In this document: piece after piece, positions 45,257 through 55,783 of the stretch
Layout of the letters: every line of letters begins with the position of its first letter
Position numbering within the stretch: position 1 is the first letter of the stretch
Source: Chloroflexota bacterium
GTDB lineage: Bacteria > Chloroflexota > Dehalococcoidia > Lucifugimonadales > Lucifugimonadaceae
DNA length: 64,000 nt
Assembly (NCBI GenBank): GCA_002721675.1
Contig: PBLC01000008.1
Location: 9,411 to 73,410 of the forward strand
Reading direction: 5' to 3'
Notes under the pieces: generated by a model
What the model was told of the DNA's origin: nothing
Seen by the model: only the letters and a program-made list of their open reading frames with translations
Databases searched by the model: none
Made by a program: the position numbers and the translations under genes

Positions 45257-46648
45257 TTAGTCTTTTATCCAACTCTCGACTTTTAAGAATTCTTTATTAG
45301 ATGGTGTTTTCCCCATTGCATTAAGGATCTTCTGCGTCAAAGCAGTTGGGTCAGAAGATGCATCTGAATGAGAATTGGAAAGAGCAATCATTCTTCTGAG
45401 TAGAGTGACTTGCTTCATTGTAAACTCATCAAGCAAATTAGCTTCATTTCTTGTTCCGCTCTTTGAAATTTCTATTGCTGGCCATACTCTTTGTTCAGAT
45501 AACCTTCTATCCAAATGAAGTTCCATGTTACCTGTGCCTTTAAATTCTTCATATATCAAATCATCAAGTCTGCTGCCTGTATCAACAAGGCATGTTGCAA
45601 TAATTGTTAAACTCCCTAGTTCTTCAAAATTTCTAGCAGCACCAAAAAATTGTTTAGGAGGGTATAGCGCTAGAGGATCCATACCTCCTGATAAAGTTCT
45701 TCCGCTGCTCTGAGTATTGAGATTATGGGCTCTTGCAAGCCTAGTTAAACTGTCAAGGAGCACAACTACATCTTTTCCTGATTCAACTGCCCTCTTTGCT
45801 TCAACCATAGATCTTTCTGCGGTTTTACAATGATCTTCAACAGGCTCGTCAAATGTAGAACTGAAAACTTTACCAGATACTGACCTTACCATGTCAGTAA
45901 CCTCTTCAGGTCTTTCACCTATTAATGCAACAAATAATTCTACTTCAGGATGATTTTCACTTATACCCCTGGCGATTTCTTTTAACAAAATTGTTTTCCC
46001 TGCTTTAGGAGGGGCCACAATCAAAGCTCTTTGCCCTTTCCCTATAGGAGAAAATATATCTATTAATCTTGAAGAAAAAGGTTTATTGCCGGTTTCTAAT
46101 GTAAGTCTTTCATTTGGATAAATAGGAGTCAGTTTTTCAAAATTAGGTCTTTGCTTCATTTGAGACGACTCTGGGTCATAGCCATTTACCATTTCTACTT
46201 TTGTTAGGCCATAATATCGTTCTTTCTCTTTTGGTTGCCTTACTTGACCTGCTACCTTATCGCCTTTCCTTAAACTAAATCTTCTGACTTGAGACTGAGA
46301 GACATATATGTCATCTTTGTTATCTTCTGTGTCAGGGTTTCTCAAAAAGCCATACCCATCGCTTAATATATCTAGTATTCCGAAGCCAAGGAGTAGATCT
46401 TCTTCTTGTGCAAAATGAGATAAAACGGGAAGGACTACGTTAACTCTATCGCCCATATCTGCGTCAGGCAAATAACTAACTCCCGACTTTTCGGCAAATT
46501 TGACGACTTCATCAACCGACATATCATCAACGCCATGCCTTTTTAAAATTCCGACATCTGAAGTTGATACAGATGATAATTTAGTATCTGCGTCTTTCTT
46601 AGTTTTAGTTGTTGTTTTTTTTGTACTTTTTGGTTTAGGTGTTGCCAA
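45257..46648 (-). CDS. rho: Transcription termination factor Rho
   Basis: Walker A APPKAGKT, the RNA-binding OB region and the C-terminal ATPase domain, with a Lys/Thr-rich N-terminal extension. TTG start preceded by AGGAAA. Confidence 0.9.
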   Translation of the reverse strand: MATPKPKSTKKTTTKTKKDADTKLSSVSTSDVGILKRHGVDDMSVDEVVKFAEKSGVSYLPDADMGDRVNVVLPVLSHFAQEEDLLLGFGILDILSDGYGFLRNPDTEDNKDDIYVSQSQVRRFSLRKGDKVAGQVRQPKEKERYYGLTKVEMVNGYDPESSQMKQRPNFEKLTPIYPNERLTLETGNKPFSSRLIDIFSPIGKGQRALIVAPPKAGKTILLKEIARGISENHPEVELFVALIGERPEEVTDMVRSVSGKVFSSTFDEPVEDHCKTAERSMVEAKRAVESGKDVVVLLDSLTRLARAHNLNTQSSGRTLSGGMDPLALYPPKQFFGAARNFEELGSLTIIATCLVDTGSRLDDLIYEEFKGTGNMELHLDRRLSEQRVWPAIEISKSGTRNEANLLDEFTMKQVTLLRRMIALSNSHSDASSDPTALTQKILNAMGKTPSNKEFLKVESWIKD

Positions 46649-46808
46649 TTTATTATTTCCTGTATTGAAAAATTATTTATTGAAAAAAATTTCTTTTGTT
46701 GAGTTTCATGATTTAAGAAAATTGGAACCAAATAAAAAAGAAATTTCGTAATTGGTAGTATTATCTTCACATAATTTTATTTGGGTTGCAAATTTTACAA
46801 TTCTTAGA

Positions 46809-48437
46809 CTATTTAATTAATCTGATCTGGTCACCAGTTATTACAGCATTAATTGCAGCAGATATAAATCCATTAAATAAAGGATGAGGCTGATCTGGCC
46901 TAGATAAAAATTCTGGATGAAATTGACTCCCAATCATAAAAGGGTGATCGCTGACTTCCATTATCTCAACTAATTTTGCATCGGGCGAAATTCCGCTAGG
47001 TACTAATCCTTTATCTTCGAGTCTTTCTTTATAGTCGTTATTTACTTCATATCTATGCCTATGCCTCTCGACAATTTCAGGAGAATCATATAATTCAGAT
47101 ACTTTAGAACCTTCTCTTATAATACAAGGATAATTTCCTAACCTCATGCTTGCTCCGGTTTCCTTAAGATCTTCCTGGCCAGGAATAAAATTTATGACCG
47201 GATTCTGAGACTTATCATTAAATTCTGATGAATTAGCATCTTTGAGTTTTAATACATTCCTAGAAAACTCTATAACCATGATTTGCATTCCAAGGCAAAG
47301 TCCAAGATAAGGAATTTTATTGACTCTAGCAAAATTAGCACATTCCACCATTCCATCAATTCCTCTAGGCCCAAAACCTCCTGGCACAATAATTCCAGAT
47401 AATCCGCTTAACTTATTAATCACATCCCCTTCTTCAAGTTCTTCAGATAATATCCATTCAAATTGAACGTTAACTTGATGTTTAATCCCCGAATGCATTA
47501 TTGCCTCTTTGACAGAAAGGTAAGAATCTTCCAAAGATGTGTATTTGCCGATAATACCAATTTGTAATGATTTCTTTTCAGACCTAATAACATTTACCAT
47601 ATCTTTCCAGTTATCCAAATCAGACTTATTATTATTTAGCCCTAAGAATTCAGATAACTTGTCCCCTAATTGTTGAGATTCAAGTGCTAAAGGAACTGCA
47701 TATATAGTATCCAAAGTTTCTAAAGAAAAGATTCTCTCTAATTTTACGTCGCAGTGCAGAGAAAGCTTATCTTTTATACTGCTGTCTATTTCATCATCAC
47801 TTCTACAAACCAAAAAATCGGGTTGGATGCCCATGCCTCTTAATGAATTAATACTGTGTTGAGTAGGTTTTGTCTTAACTTCTCCAGTAGCACCTAGTTT
47901 AGGCAAAAGGGTTAGATGCAAAAATAAAGAATTTTGCTGTCCAAATTCACTTCTTATTTGCCTGATAGCCTCTATAAAAGGTTGTCCTTCAATGTCACCA
48001 ATTGTCCCTCCAACTTCAACAATCATTACTTCGCAATTACTTTTTTCAGCGGCTAAAAATATTTTCTCCTTGATGAGATTTGTAACATGAGGGATAGTCT
48101 GAATTGTCCCTCCTAAATATTTTCCATCTCTTTCATTTTCAATGATCTCTCTATATATAGCTCCAGCAGTTGTACTTGAATGTTTATTTAATTCTTCGTT
48201 TATGAATCTTTCATAATGGCCCAAATCTAAATCGGTTTCTGATCCATCAGAGGTTACAAATACTTCTCCATGCTGAAAAGGGGACATAGTTCCAGGATCA
48301 ACATTAAGGTAGGGATCTAATTTCATTATAGAGACGTTAATTTTTTTATTCTTTAGAATTCTTCCAATAGATGCGGATACAATCCCTTTTCCAAGGGAAC
48401 TAACAACTCCTCCTGTCACAAAGATATACTTTGTCAT
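46809..48437 (-). CDS. pyrG: CTP synthase
   Basis: MTKYIFVTGGVVSSLGKGI N-terminus and glutamine amidotransferase GLCLGMQ. Confidence 0.95.
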   Translation of the reverse strand: MTKYIFVTGGVVSSLGKGIVSASIGRILKNKKINVSIMKLDPYLNVDPGTMSPFQHGEVFVTSDGSETDLDLGHYERFINEELNKHSSTTAGAIYREIIENERDGKYLGGTIQTIPHVTNLIKEKIFLAAEKSNCEVMIVEVGGTIGDIEGQPFIEAIRQIRSEFGQQNSLFLHLTLLPKLGATGEVKTKPTQHSINSLRGMGIQPDFLVCRSDDEIDSSIKDKLSLHCDVKLERIFSLETLDTIYAVPLALESQQLGDKLSEFLGLNNNKSDLDNWKDMVNVIRSEKKSLQIGIIGKYTSLEDSYLSVKEAIMHSGIKHQVNVQFEWILSEELEEGDVINKLSGLSGIIVPGGFGPRGIDGMVECANFARVNKIPYLGLCLGMQIMVIEFSRNVLKLKDANSSEFNDKSQNPVINFIPGQEDLKETGASMRLGNYPCIIREGSKVSELYDSPEIVERHRHRYEVNNDYKERLEDKGLVPSGISPDAKLVEIMEVSDHPFMIGSQFHPEFLSRPDQPHPLFNGFISAAINAVITGDQIRLIK

Positions 48438-48520
48438 TACCTTGCTTGTCCTCTTAATCCCTAGAATCTAAACATCAACATTAAGCATTCTAAGAACATA
48501 AGGTATTCTCTGTCAATTAT

Positions 48521-48529
48521 TGTTATAAT
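48521..48529 (+). promoter_or_regulatory. Extended -10 element (TGtTATAAT) upstream of gatC
   Basis: Only 11 nt separate the TATAAT at 48524-48529 from the gatC ATG at 48541, and there is no SD, implying a near-leaderless mRNA. Confidence 0.35.
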
Positions 48530-48540
48530 TACACTTTGTC

Positions 48541-48852
48541 ATGAATTCAGAAAATAAACATTTTGATATAAATAAAATTGCCGAACTAGCAAAGTTAAAT
48601 TTAGACCCTAAAGAGGTCGATAAATTTGAGAGCCAAATGGTAGATATCATTTCTTACTTCTCTTCATTGCAGAAAATTGACACATCAAATTTTAATTTAA
48701 AATATTGGGAGATTGACGAGAATAAAATCACAGACGCTTCGGAATTAAGAAGCGACAATGAGTCTAATGGTTTTAGTGAAGAAGAAATATTTAATAATGC
48801 TCCATCAAAGGAAAATAAATTTATTAAGATCAAGAAAATACTGGAAAGATAG
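48541..48852 (+). CDS. gatC: Glu/Asp-tRNA amidotransferase subunit C
   Basis: 103 aa with a GatC-like N-terminus (INKIAELAKLNLDPKEVDKFESQM), immediately upstream of gatA. Confidence 0.8.
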   Translation: MNSENKHFDINKIAELAKLNLDPKEVDKFESQMVDIISYFSSLQKIDTSNFNLKYWEIDENKITDASELRSDNESNGFSEEEIFNNAPSKENKFIKIKKILER

Positions 48853-48853
48853 A

Positions 48854-50305
48854 ATGATAAATCCTTCAAAACTCACAGCTATTGAATGTGCTGAATTGAT
48901 TCAAAAAAAGGAAGTATCTGCCACTGAGATAACTAAGATATTTTTAGAGAGATCCAAAGAAGTAAATTCAAGCATTAATTCTCTGATTACGATAAGTGAA
49001 GATTATGCATTAAAGCAAGCAAATAAAATTGATAGCAACTTTGAGGATTTTAAAAATAAACCTTTATTAGGGGTTCCAATATCAGTTAAAGATGTTATAT
49101 CTACAAAAAATATAAAAACTACTGCAGGCTCAAAAATACTAAGTAATTATATTCCTCCATATGATGCTTTTGTAATAAAAAAACTAATAGATTCAGGGGC
49201 AATAATTATAAGCAAATCAAATTGCGATGAATTTGCAATGGGATCTTCAAATGAAACATCTTATTTTGGAGCATGCCGCAATCCTTGGGATTTGGAAACC
49301 GTGCCGGGCGGTAGTAGCGGAGGATCAGCAGCCTCAGTTGCCTCGTCTCAAAATTTAATCAGTATAGGATCTGATACAGGAGGGAGCATAAGGCAACCAG
49401 CCTCATTATGTGGGATAGTAGGAATGAAGCCAACATATGGTTCAGTAAGTAGGGCTGGACTTATAGCTTTTGGTAGTTCATTAGACCAAATAGGACCATT
49501 CGCAAAAAATGTTCAAGATTGTGAAAAATTATTTTACTCAATTGCAGGACATGACCCTAAAGACTTAACTTCATCAAAAAATAAATTAAAAAATTCTAAA
49601 AATTTAAATAATTTAAATAATTTAAAAATTGGAATATGTACTGATATTAGTGATCAAGGAATTTCTGAAGGGGTGAAAAAAGTCTTCAAAAATTCTGCAA
49701 ATGCCATGAATAAATTAGGGGCTGAAATAGATGAAATTTCAATTGATTATATCAAGGAGTCGCTTCCTGTATATTACTTAACAGCACCTTCAGAAGCTTC
49801 TTCTAACCTTAATAGATATGACGGAATAAAATATGGCTACTCTAACCAAGATGGTAAAACTTCATGGGACACGATAGATCTGACAAGATCAAATTTTGGA
49901 GATGAAGTAAAAAGGAGAATTTTACTTGGAACTTTTGCTCTTTCTTCTGGTTACTATGATGAATATTACGGAAAAGCACAAAAAATTAGAGGGTTAATAA
50001 TCAACTCTTTCAATAATGCTTTTAAAAAATTTGACTTGATAATTTCACCAACTTCACCAATAACAGCTTTCAAAATAGACTCACAAATAGATGACCCTTT
50101 ATTGATGTATCAAAATGATATATGTACTATGCCGGCTAATATTGCGGGGATTCCAGCAATTTCAATTCCCTGTGGGTTATCGAATGGGCTTCCTGTTGGT
50201 TTACAAATTATGGGTCCAAACTTTTCTGAGGGGATGATATTTTCTGTGGCAAAATTGATGGAAAGTAATATGAATCTTAATTTATTGGAAGAGGTAAATA
50301 TATGA
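48854..50305 (+). CDS. gatA: Glu/Asp-tRNA amidotransferase subunit A
   Basis: Start MINPSKLTAIE at the ATG at 48854, 1 nt after the gatC stop. GVPISVKD, GGSSGGSAASV, GSDTGGSIRQPASLCG. Confidence 0.9.
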   Translation: MINPSKLTAIECAELIQKKEVSATEITKIFLERSKEVNSSINSLITISEDYALKQANKIDSNFEDFKNKPLLGVPISVKDVISTKNIKTTAGSKILSNYIPPYDAFVIKKLIDSGAIIISKSNCDEFAMGSSNETSYFGACRNPWDLETVPGGSSGGSAASVASSQNLISIGSDTGGSIRQPASLCGIVGMKPTYGSVSRAGLIAFGSSLDQIGPFAKNVQDCEKLFYSIAGHDPKDLTSSKNKLKNSKNLNNLNNLKIGICTDISDQGISEGVKKVFKNSANAMNKLGAEIDEISIDYIKESLPVYYLTAPSEASSNLNRYDGIKYGYSNQDGKTSWDTIDLTRSNFGDEVKRRILLGTFALSSGYYDEYYGKAQKIRGLIINSFNNAFKKFDLIISPTSPITAFKIDSQIDDPLLMYQNDICTMPANIAGIPAISIPCGLSNGLPVGLQIMGPNFSEGMIFSVAKLMESNMNLNLLEEVNI

Positions 50306-50694
50306 TCAAAAGAATAATATTTAGCTTAACTATATTGATTTCAATTATTGCCTGTTCTGAGGAAGTGCAAAAGCCGATAGATCCTGGATTGCCTCCGGAG
50401 TTTCCTCATGTATTCATGGGTAATGCTTATGTTAACGGAGACCCCATTAAACAAGGTATAACAATCTATGCAAAATTTGGGGCATCATACTCACAAGAAG
50501 GCGAAACAATAAGCGGAGGGAGGTATGTGAATGTTCTTGTCGCTCCAAAAAATTCAAAAGAGACTAAAGAAACTGTCACATTCCACATGAAGACTGAAAA
50601 TGGAGAAGAAAAAGCAAAAGAAACTTTCAAATTAAAAAAAGTACCCGAGCCAGAAATTGTTAATTTTGAACTAAATTTTAATTCTTATCCTTGA
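50302..50694 (+). CDS. Small lipoprotein carrying one copy of the module found twice in the 39778-40875 protein
   Basis: Lipobox ISIIAC. PHVFMGNAYVNGDPIKQGITIYAKF...GGRYVNVLVAP aligns by eye with PSLYSGQIVIGSDVVPDGVKVYAQI...DGKYSISINP. Confidence 0.5.
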   Translation: MIKRIIFSLTILISIIACSEEVQKPIDPGLPPEFPHVFMGNAYVNGDPIKQGITIYAKFGASYSQEGETISGGRYVNVLVAPKNSKETKETVTFHMKTENGEEKAKETFKLKKVPEPEIVNFELNFNSYP

Positions 50695-50695
50695 A

Positions 50696-51208
50696 ATGTT
50701 AATTAAAGTAAACAATAAATTCCCTACAATAAGTGAAGACTGCTATGTGGCACCTTCTTCTACCCTTATTGGTGATGTAGAACTATCAACTTTATCAAGT
50801 GTTTGGTTTGGAGCCGTAATAAGGGCAGATAATGGGAAAATTGAGATAGGTGAAAGAACTAATATCCAAGATAACTGCGTTGTACATTCAGACCAAGGTT
50901 CTAAAATAGGAAATAATGTCACTCTCGGCCACGGGGTCGTTTGTCATGCAAAAAGTGTTGGGGATAACTGTTTATTAGGAAATGGATCAGTACTAAATGA
51001 AGGCGTGGAGGTAGGAGAGTTTTCTTTAATTGCTGCAGGTTCAGTAGTGATAGAAAACATGAAGATTCCGCCAAGATCACTTGTTATGGGCAGCCCAGCA
51101 AGAATAAGGGGAGAGATAACCGAAAGACATATGGAACTCATTAAATTAAGTTTTGCTACATATGTTGAAAAAGTAAAGTTATATAAAGATTCCGAAAAAT
51201 TCGATTAA
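50696..51208 (+). CDS. Gamma-carbonic-anhydrase-like left-handed beta-helix protein
   Basis: Hexapeptide repeats and the VWFGAVIRAD...IGERTNIQDNCVVH pattern, 170 aa. Confidence 0.8.
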   Translation: MLIKVNNKFPTISEDCYVAPSSTLIGDVELSTLSSVWFGAVIRADNGKIEIGERTNIQDNCVVHSDQGSKIGNNVTLGHGVVCHAKSVGDNCLLGNGSVLNEGVEVGEFSLIAAGSVVIENMKIPPRSLVMGSPARIRGEITERHMELIKLSFATYVEKVKLYKDSEKFD

Positions 51209-52095
51209 TATTTATTAGAATTAATTATTATATTGTCTATTAATCTTACTCCTTCAATATAACCAGCGATCATAATAACTTTGTGATTTAAATCTGCTTC
51301 TCTAAATAAATCTGAAAAGTCATTTTCAGGTTCTGTTAGGTCAGATAAAGACTTTGCCTTAATATATTGCAACTTAAAATCAGGTTCTGTGTTTAATACT
51401 GCACCAACCTTTTCTTCTACACTTGAAAGGTTGCGACTTTCTTTCCAGTATTCTTTTCCTGCTTTGAGAGCCTTAAATATAATTGAAGCTTTTTGTTTGC
51501 CATCTTCAGTTATCAGTGAATTACGACTACTGTATGCAAGCCCTGAAGAGTTCCTTTGAGTTTCAACTGGAATAATTTCAACGTTATGAACAGATGATAA
51601 TTTTTTATGTATTAAGCATATTTGCTGTATATCTTTCATGCCAAAAATGGCTTTACTAGGCCTTATTAATTCAAAGAATTTATTGACAATTGTTAAGACT
51701 CCGTCAAAATGACCAGGCCTGAAACTCCCTTCCCAAATATCACCTGCTGGCCCTGCATCAATCGCTTTAATGTGTTTCTTATTTAGAATAGCCTCTTTAC
51801 TAGGTTTAAATAACACATCTACTCCATTTTTATCAAAAATATTAATATCCTCTTCAAATTCTTGAGGATAAGAATTAAGATCATTTAAATTATTAAACTG
51901 AAGAGGATTAACAAATAAAGTTGCGAAAACTTGATCAAATTCTCGTGCCTTATCTAATAACGCTATGTGCCCATGATGCAAAGCACCCATAGTAGGAACT
52001 ACAACCCTGCTATCATGTGATGATTTGCATATTTTTTTTATTTCTTCTATTGACTCAACAATTATCATTTTTGTTATTTTATTCTCCAAATTCAT
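51205..52095 (-). CDS. panC: Pantoate--beta-alanine ligase
   Basis: VPTMGALHHGHIALL (HxGH) and FGMKDIQQ blocks. Confidence 0.9.
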   Translation of the reverse strand: MNLENKITKMIIVESIEEIKKICKSSHDSRVVVPTMGALHHGHIALLDKAREFDQVFATLFVNPLQFNNLNDLNSYPQEFEEDINIFDKNGVDVLFKPSKEAILNKKHIKAIDAGPAGDIWEGSFRPGHFDGVLTIVNKFFELIRPSKAIFGMKDIQQICLIHKKLSSVHNVEIIPVETQRNSSGLAYSSRNSLITEDGKQKASIIFKALKAGKEYWKESRNLSSVEEKVGAVLNTEPDFKLQYIKAKSLSDLTEPENDFSDLFREADLNHKVIMIAGYIEGVRLIDNIIINSNKY

Positions 52096-52159
52096 ATGTA
52101 AGTTTAATCTGAATTACTATATCCTAAAAACTTAAATTAAATCTAAATAAAAAACTTTA

Positions 52160-53437
52160 ATGAATTTCAAGGCAATAAGAGGAACTTATGACCATACTCC
52201 AGAAGATATGGAGGTGTGGAATTTTGTAGAGAGTGCTGCCAGAAGAACTGCTTCCATATTTGGATATAAAGAAATTTCTACTCCTATTTTTGAACAGACT
52301 GGTCTTTTTAAAAGAGCAGTTGGAGAAGGTACCGATGTGGTACAAAAAGAAATGTACAATTTTACTGATCTTGGTGGCAATGAATTGACCTTAAGGCCTG
52401 AAGGTACGGCTTCTGTATGCAGAGCTTTTATTGAACACGGAATGCATAATAAACCATACCCCGTAAGATTATTCTATATAGCCCCAATGTTCAGACATGA
52501 AAGGCCTCAAAGTGGCAGATTAAGGCAACATCATCAATTTGGTGTAGAAATTTTTGGAGACAGTTCTTCTGAAACTGACTTGGAAATTATTTTATTAGGT
52601 CTTACTTACTTAGAAAGTCTAGGCATCAAAGGCCTTAAATTAAAGGTGAATTCTATAGGGACAAGTAAATCTAGGGTTGAATTTAAGAAATCATTTGAAC
52701 ATTATATGAATCCTTTGAAAAATAAACTATCTGAAAAGGATCAGAAAAAATATGAACTGAATCCAATTAGAATCTTGGATTCAAAAGAAAAGTCAACTCA
52801 AGATTTGCTTCTTGATTCACCTAAGCCTATTGATTTCTTAGATAAAGATTCCAAAGAGCATTGGGAAAAATTTATAAATCTATTAGATCAGTCAATAAAA
52901 ATGTTTGAAGGGGTAGAATTTGAAATAGATAAGGGGCTAGTTAGAGGACTTGATTATTATTCCAAGACTGTATTTGAAATACAACCGAAAGATTCGAATA
53001 AAGCACAATCTAGCATTCTTTCAGGCGGAAGATATGACAATCTTGTAGAAAATATAGGAGGGCCTGATACACCTGCTGCGGGGTTTGGAAGTGGAATAGA
53101 AAGGGTAATACTTAATATAAAAGAAAATAAGGAAGAAGATCTTGATTCTCTGCAATTATTAATTATTCCTGCATCTAATGAAGGGCTAGTTGTTTCAATT
53201 AAAATTGCCCAACAACTTAGAAATAAAAACGTATCTACAAGTATTTGCTCTTCGGATAGGAGTTTTAAAGCCCAAATGAGATATGCTAACCAAATAAATG
53301 CTAATAATATAATTGTTATAGGAGAAAAAGAGATAAGCACAAATAAAATTACTATCAAAAATTTATCATCAAAAATCGAGAAAACAGTTGACCTAACATC
53401 GGAAGATATTTTATCAGTATTAGATTCAAATGGATGA
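52160..53437 (+). CDS. hisS: Histidine--tRNA ligase
   Basis: Class II motifs (LTLRPEGTASVCR, FRHERPQSGRLRQHHQFGVE, GGRYDNL) plus an anticodon-binding C-terminus. Confidence 0.9.
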   Translation: MNFKAIRGTYDHTPEDMEVWNFVESAARRTASIFGYKEISTPIFEQTGLFKRAVGEGTDVVQKEMYNFTDLGGNELTLRPEGTASVCRAFIEHGMHNKPYPVRLFYIAPMFRHERPQSGRLRQHHQFGVEIFGDSSSETDLEIILLGLTYLESLGIKGLKLKVNSIGTSKSRVEFKKSFEHYMNPLKNKLSEKDQKKYELNPIRILDSKEKSTQDLLLDSPKPIDFLDKDSKEHWEKFINLLDQSIKMFEGVEFEIDKGLVRGLDYYSKTVFEIQPKDSNKAQSSILSGGRYDNLVENIGGPDTPAAGFGSGIERVILNIKENKEEDLDSLQLLIIPASNEGLVVSIKIAQQLRNKNVSTSICSSDRSFKAQMRYANQINANNIIVIGEKEISTNKITIKNLSSKIEKTVDLTSEDILSVLDSNG

Positions 53438-54515
53438 AGCGACTTTAGAAAAATTAAATAATATTGAGAAAAGATATAACGAAGTAGAAGAATTGATGGC
53501 CAATCCTGAAAATGCTTTGAATGTCCCAAAGATCACTAAACTTGCTAAAGAACATAGTGAACTTAAAAAAGTAGTTTCTCTATATAAGAGTATTAGTTCA
53601 AAAAATAGTGAGTTAGATGAGATAAAAAATATGCTAGATGATGAAAATGATCCAGAAATCGTTGAAATGGCTAAAATTGATTATGAGAAAATCAAGTCTG
53701 AGATTACTGAATTAACATCTAATTTAGAAGAACAACTAATTCCAAAAGATATTAGAGACAAAGCAGATGCGATAATTGAGATTAGGGCAGGTACAGGCGG
53801 AGACGAAGCCAGTTTATTTGCTGGAGAAATATACAGAATGTATCAGAGATATGCCGAGTTACAAGATTGGTCCTTTAGTTTAGTAGATATAAATGATAAT
53901 GGGTTAGGAGGAGTAAAAGAAGTTACTTTTGAAATCAATGGTAGTGGGGTATATAGAAAAATGAAACATGAAGCAGGCACTCATAGAGTACAAAGAGTTC
54001 CCTCTACAGAATCCCAAGGAAGAATACACACATCTGCAATAACTGTTGCTGTGCTGCCAAAACTTGAAGATGTAGACGTAACTATAAATCCTGAAGATAT
54101 CCGAACAGATATATTTCATTCCGGGGGAGCAGGTGGACAAAACGTGAATAAAGTAGCTACAGCAGTAAGATTAACTCACAACCCTTCTGGCATTGTGGTT
54201 ACATGCCAAAGGGAAAGATCTCAATCGCAAAATAGAATTATAGCCATGGAATTACTAAAAGTAAGATTATGGGATATAGAATATGAAAAACAACAAAGAG
54301 AACATAGTAAAAATAGAAAAGAGCAAGTAGGTTCAGGTGATAGATCAGAAAAAATTAGAACTTATAATTTTCCGCAAGGAAGAGTAACAGATCACAGAAT
54401 TAATGTTTCGATACATAATTTAGATGAATTCTTAAATGGATCAATTGATGAAATGTTGGATCAATTAATTAGAAATGAACAAATTCAAAAACTAGCAGAA
54501 GATGAAAATAATTGA
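53430..54515 (+). CDS. prfA: Peptide chain release factor 1
   Basis: PST tripeptide (RVPSTESQGR) and GGQ (SGGAGGQNVNK). Confidence 0.9.
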   Translation: MDEATLEKLNNIEKRYNEVEELMANPENALNVPKITKLAKEHSELKKVVSLYKSISSKNSELDEIKNMLDDENDPEIVEMAKIDYEKIKSEITELTSNLEEQLIPKDIRDKADAIIEIRAGTGGDEASLFAGEIYRMYQRYAELQDWSFSLVDINDNGLGGVKEVTFEINGSGVYRKMKHEAGTHRVQRVPSTESQGRIHTSAITVAVLPKLEDVDVTINPEDIRTDIFHSGGAGGQNVNKVATAVRLTHNPSGIVVTCQRERSQSQNRIIAMELLKVRLWDIEYEKQQREHSKNRKEQVGSGDRSEKIRTYNFPQGRVTDHRINVSIHNLDEFLNGSIDEMLDQLIRNEQIQKLAEDENN

Positions 54516-55377
54516 TCTATATCGCTATTTATGTTCTGAACTAAAATTAGCAAGTAATAACAAAATAGAGGCAGAGGCAGAGGCATATCTAGTCTTTATT
54601 TCAGAGAAATTCTCTACGTTGAACGGATTTAATTTATCAAAAGAATCATTATATGGAACCAAAAGAGATATTGAAGTTAAGAATGAGTCCTATAATTTTA
54701 TCTTAGAGATCATTAAATCCAGAAAATCTGGGATGCCTATTCAATACATAATTAATGAATCATGGTTCAGTAATCTGAAATTCGAAGTATTTTTAGATGA
54801 ATGTAGAAAAACGCTTATACCCAGAAATGAAACTGAACTTATAGTTAATAAATCGATCGATTTTATTTCAAAAAATGACGTAATTAACGCCCTGGATGTT
54901 GGTACAGGATCTGGGTGTATACCAATTTCAATACTTAATAAAATAGAAAAAGATATAAACTGGATAGCAATAGATCCTTATTTGAATGAGATAGCATCAA
55001 ATAACGCAAAAAAATACAATATGTCAGAATCTATAGAATTCAAGAAAATTTCAATTCAAGAACTCCAAAAATTTAAATCAGGTAAATACGATTTAATTAC
55101 TGCCAATCTACCATATGTACCAGATACATCTAGAATAGAAACCATTGTCAGGCAGGAACCTCATGAGGCAATTTTTGGAGGCAGAGATGGTCTAAAATTT
55201 ATTAAAAACTTAGTTAATGCTCTCCCTAAAATACTAATGGACAATAATAGCATTGCTATATTTGAAATAGATCCTTCTCAGGTAGAATATTTTTACAGTC
55301 TAAGAGATAAATTCAAAGTAGAAATAATGAAAGATATTCAGAGTCTAAATAGGGTGGCTACTCTAAGTTTTAAATAA
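54502..55377 (+). CDS. prmC: Release-factor glutamine methyltransferase
   Basis: Follows prfA with overlap. SAM motif ALDVGTGSGCI. Motif IV reads NLPY instead of NPPY. Confidence 0.8.
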   Translation: MKIIDLYRYLCSELKLASNNKIEAEAEAYLVFISEKFSTLNGFNLSKESLYGTKRDIEVKNESYNFILEIIKSRKSGMPIQYIINESWFSNLKFEVFLDECRKTLIPRNETELIVNKSIDFISKNDVINALDVGTGSGCIPISILNKIEKDINWIAIDPYLNEIASNNAKKYNMSESIEFKKISIQELQKFKSGKYDLITANLPYVPDTSRIETIVRQEPHEAIFGGRDGLKFIKNLVNALPKILMDNNSIAIFEIDPSQVEYFYSLRDKFKVEIMKDIQSLNRVATLSFK

Positions 55378-55773
55378 TTATCGCTTAGTAAATTGCTGAG
55401 CTTTCCTTGCTCTCTTAAGACCATATTTCTTGCTCTCTTTGATCCTAGAGTCTCTAGTAAGGAGACCTTTAGATTTCAATTTTGGCCTTAAGTTAGAATC
55501 CATCTCAATTAACGCTCTTGAAATACCTAATGACAAAGCATCTGCCTGGCCTGATATTCCACCACCGTGAGTCTTAGCAACTACAGTAACAGAACTCTTT
55601 AAATCTAATAAATCTAATGGCCTTGTAACTGATTTCTGCCAAATCTCAACTGGAATAGCTTCCTCTAATGCTTTTCCGTTCACAGTAATTTCGCCAGGAG
55701 TATTAAAAACCCTAACCCTTGCTATCGCACTTTTTCTCTTTCCGGTACCGTAATAATATTTTTTAGAAGACAA
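55378..55773 (-). CDS. rpsI: 30S ribosomal protein S9
   Basis: GTGKRKSAIARV..., C-terminus ARKAQQFTKR. Confidence 0.95.
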   Translation of the reverse strand: MSSKKYYYGTGKRKSAIARVRVFNTPGEITVNGKALEEAIPVEIWQKSVTRPLDLLDLKSSVTVVAKTHGGGISGQADALSLGISRALIEMDSNLRPKLKSKGLLTRDSRIKESKKYGLKRARKAQQFTKR

Positions 55774-55783
55774 TCAATAACTC

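Noticed and set aside
52096-52159. T-box or other leader riboswitch upstream of hisS (and of argS at 30742-30800)
   Set aside because: The intergenic regions are only about 60 bp, far too short for a T-box leader, and no specifier or antiterminator-like structure is visible.
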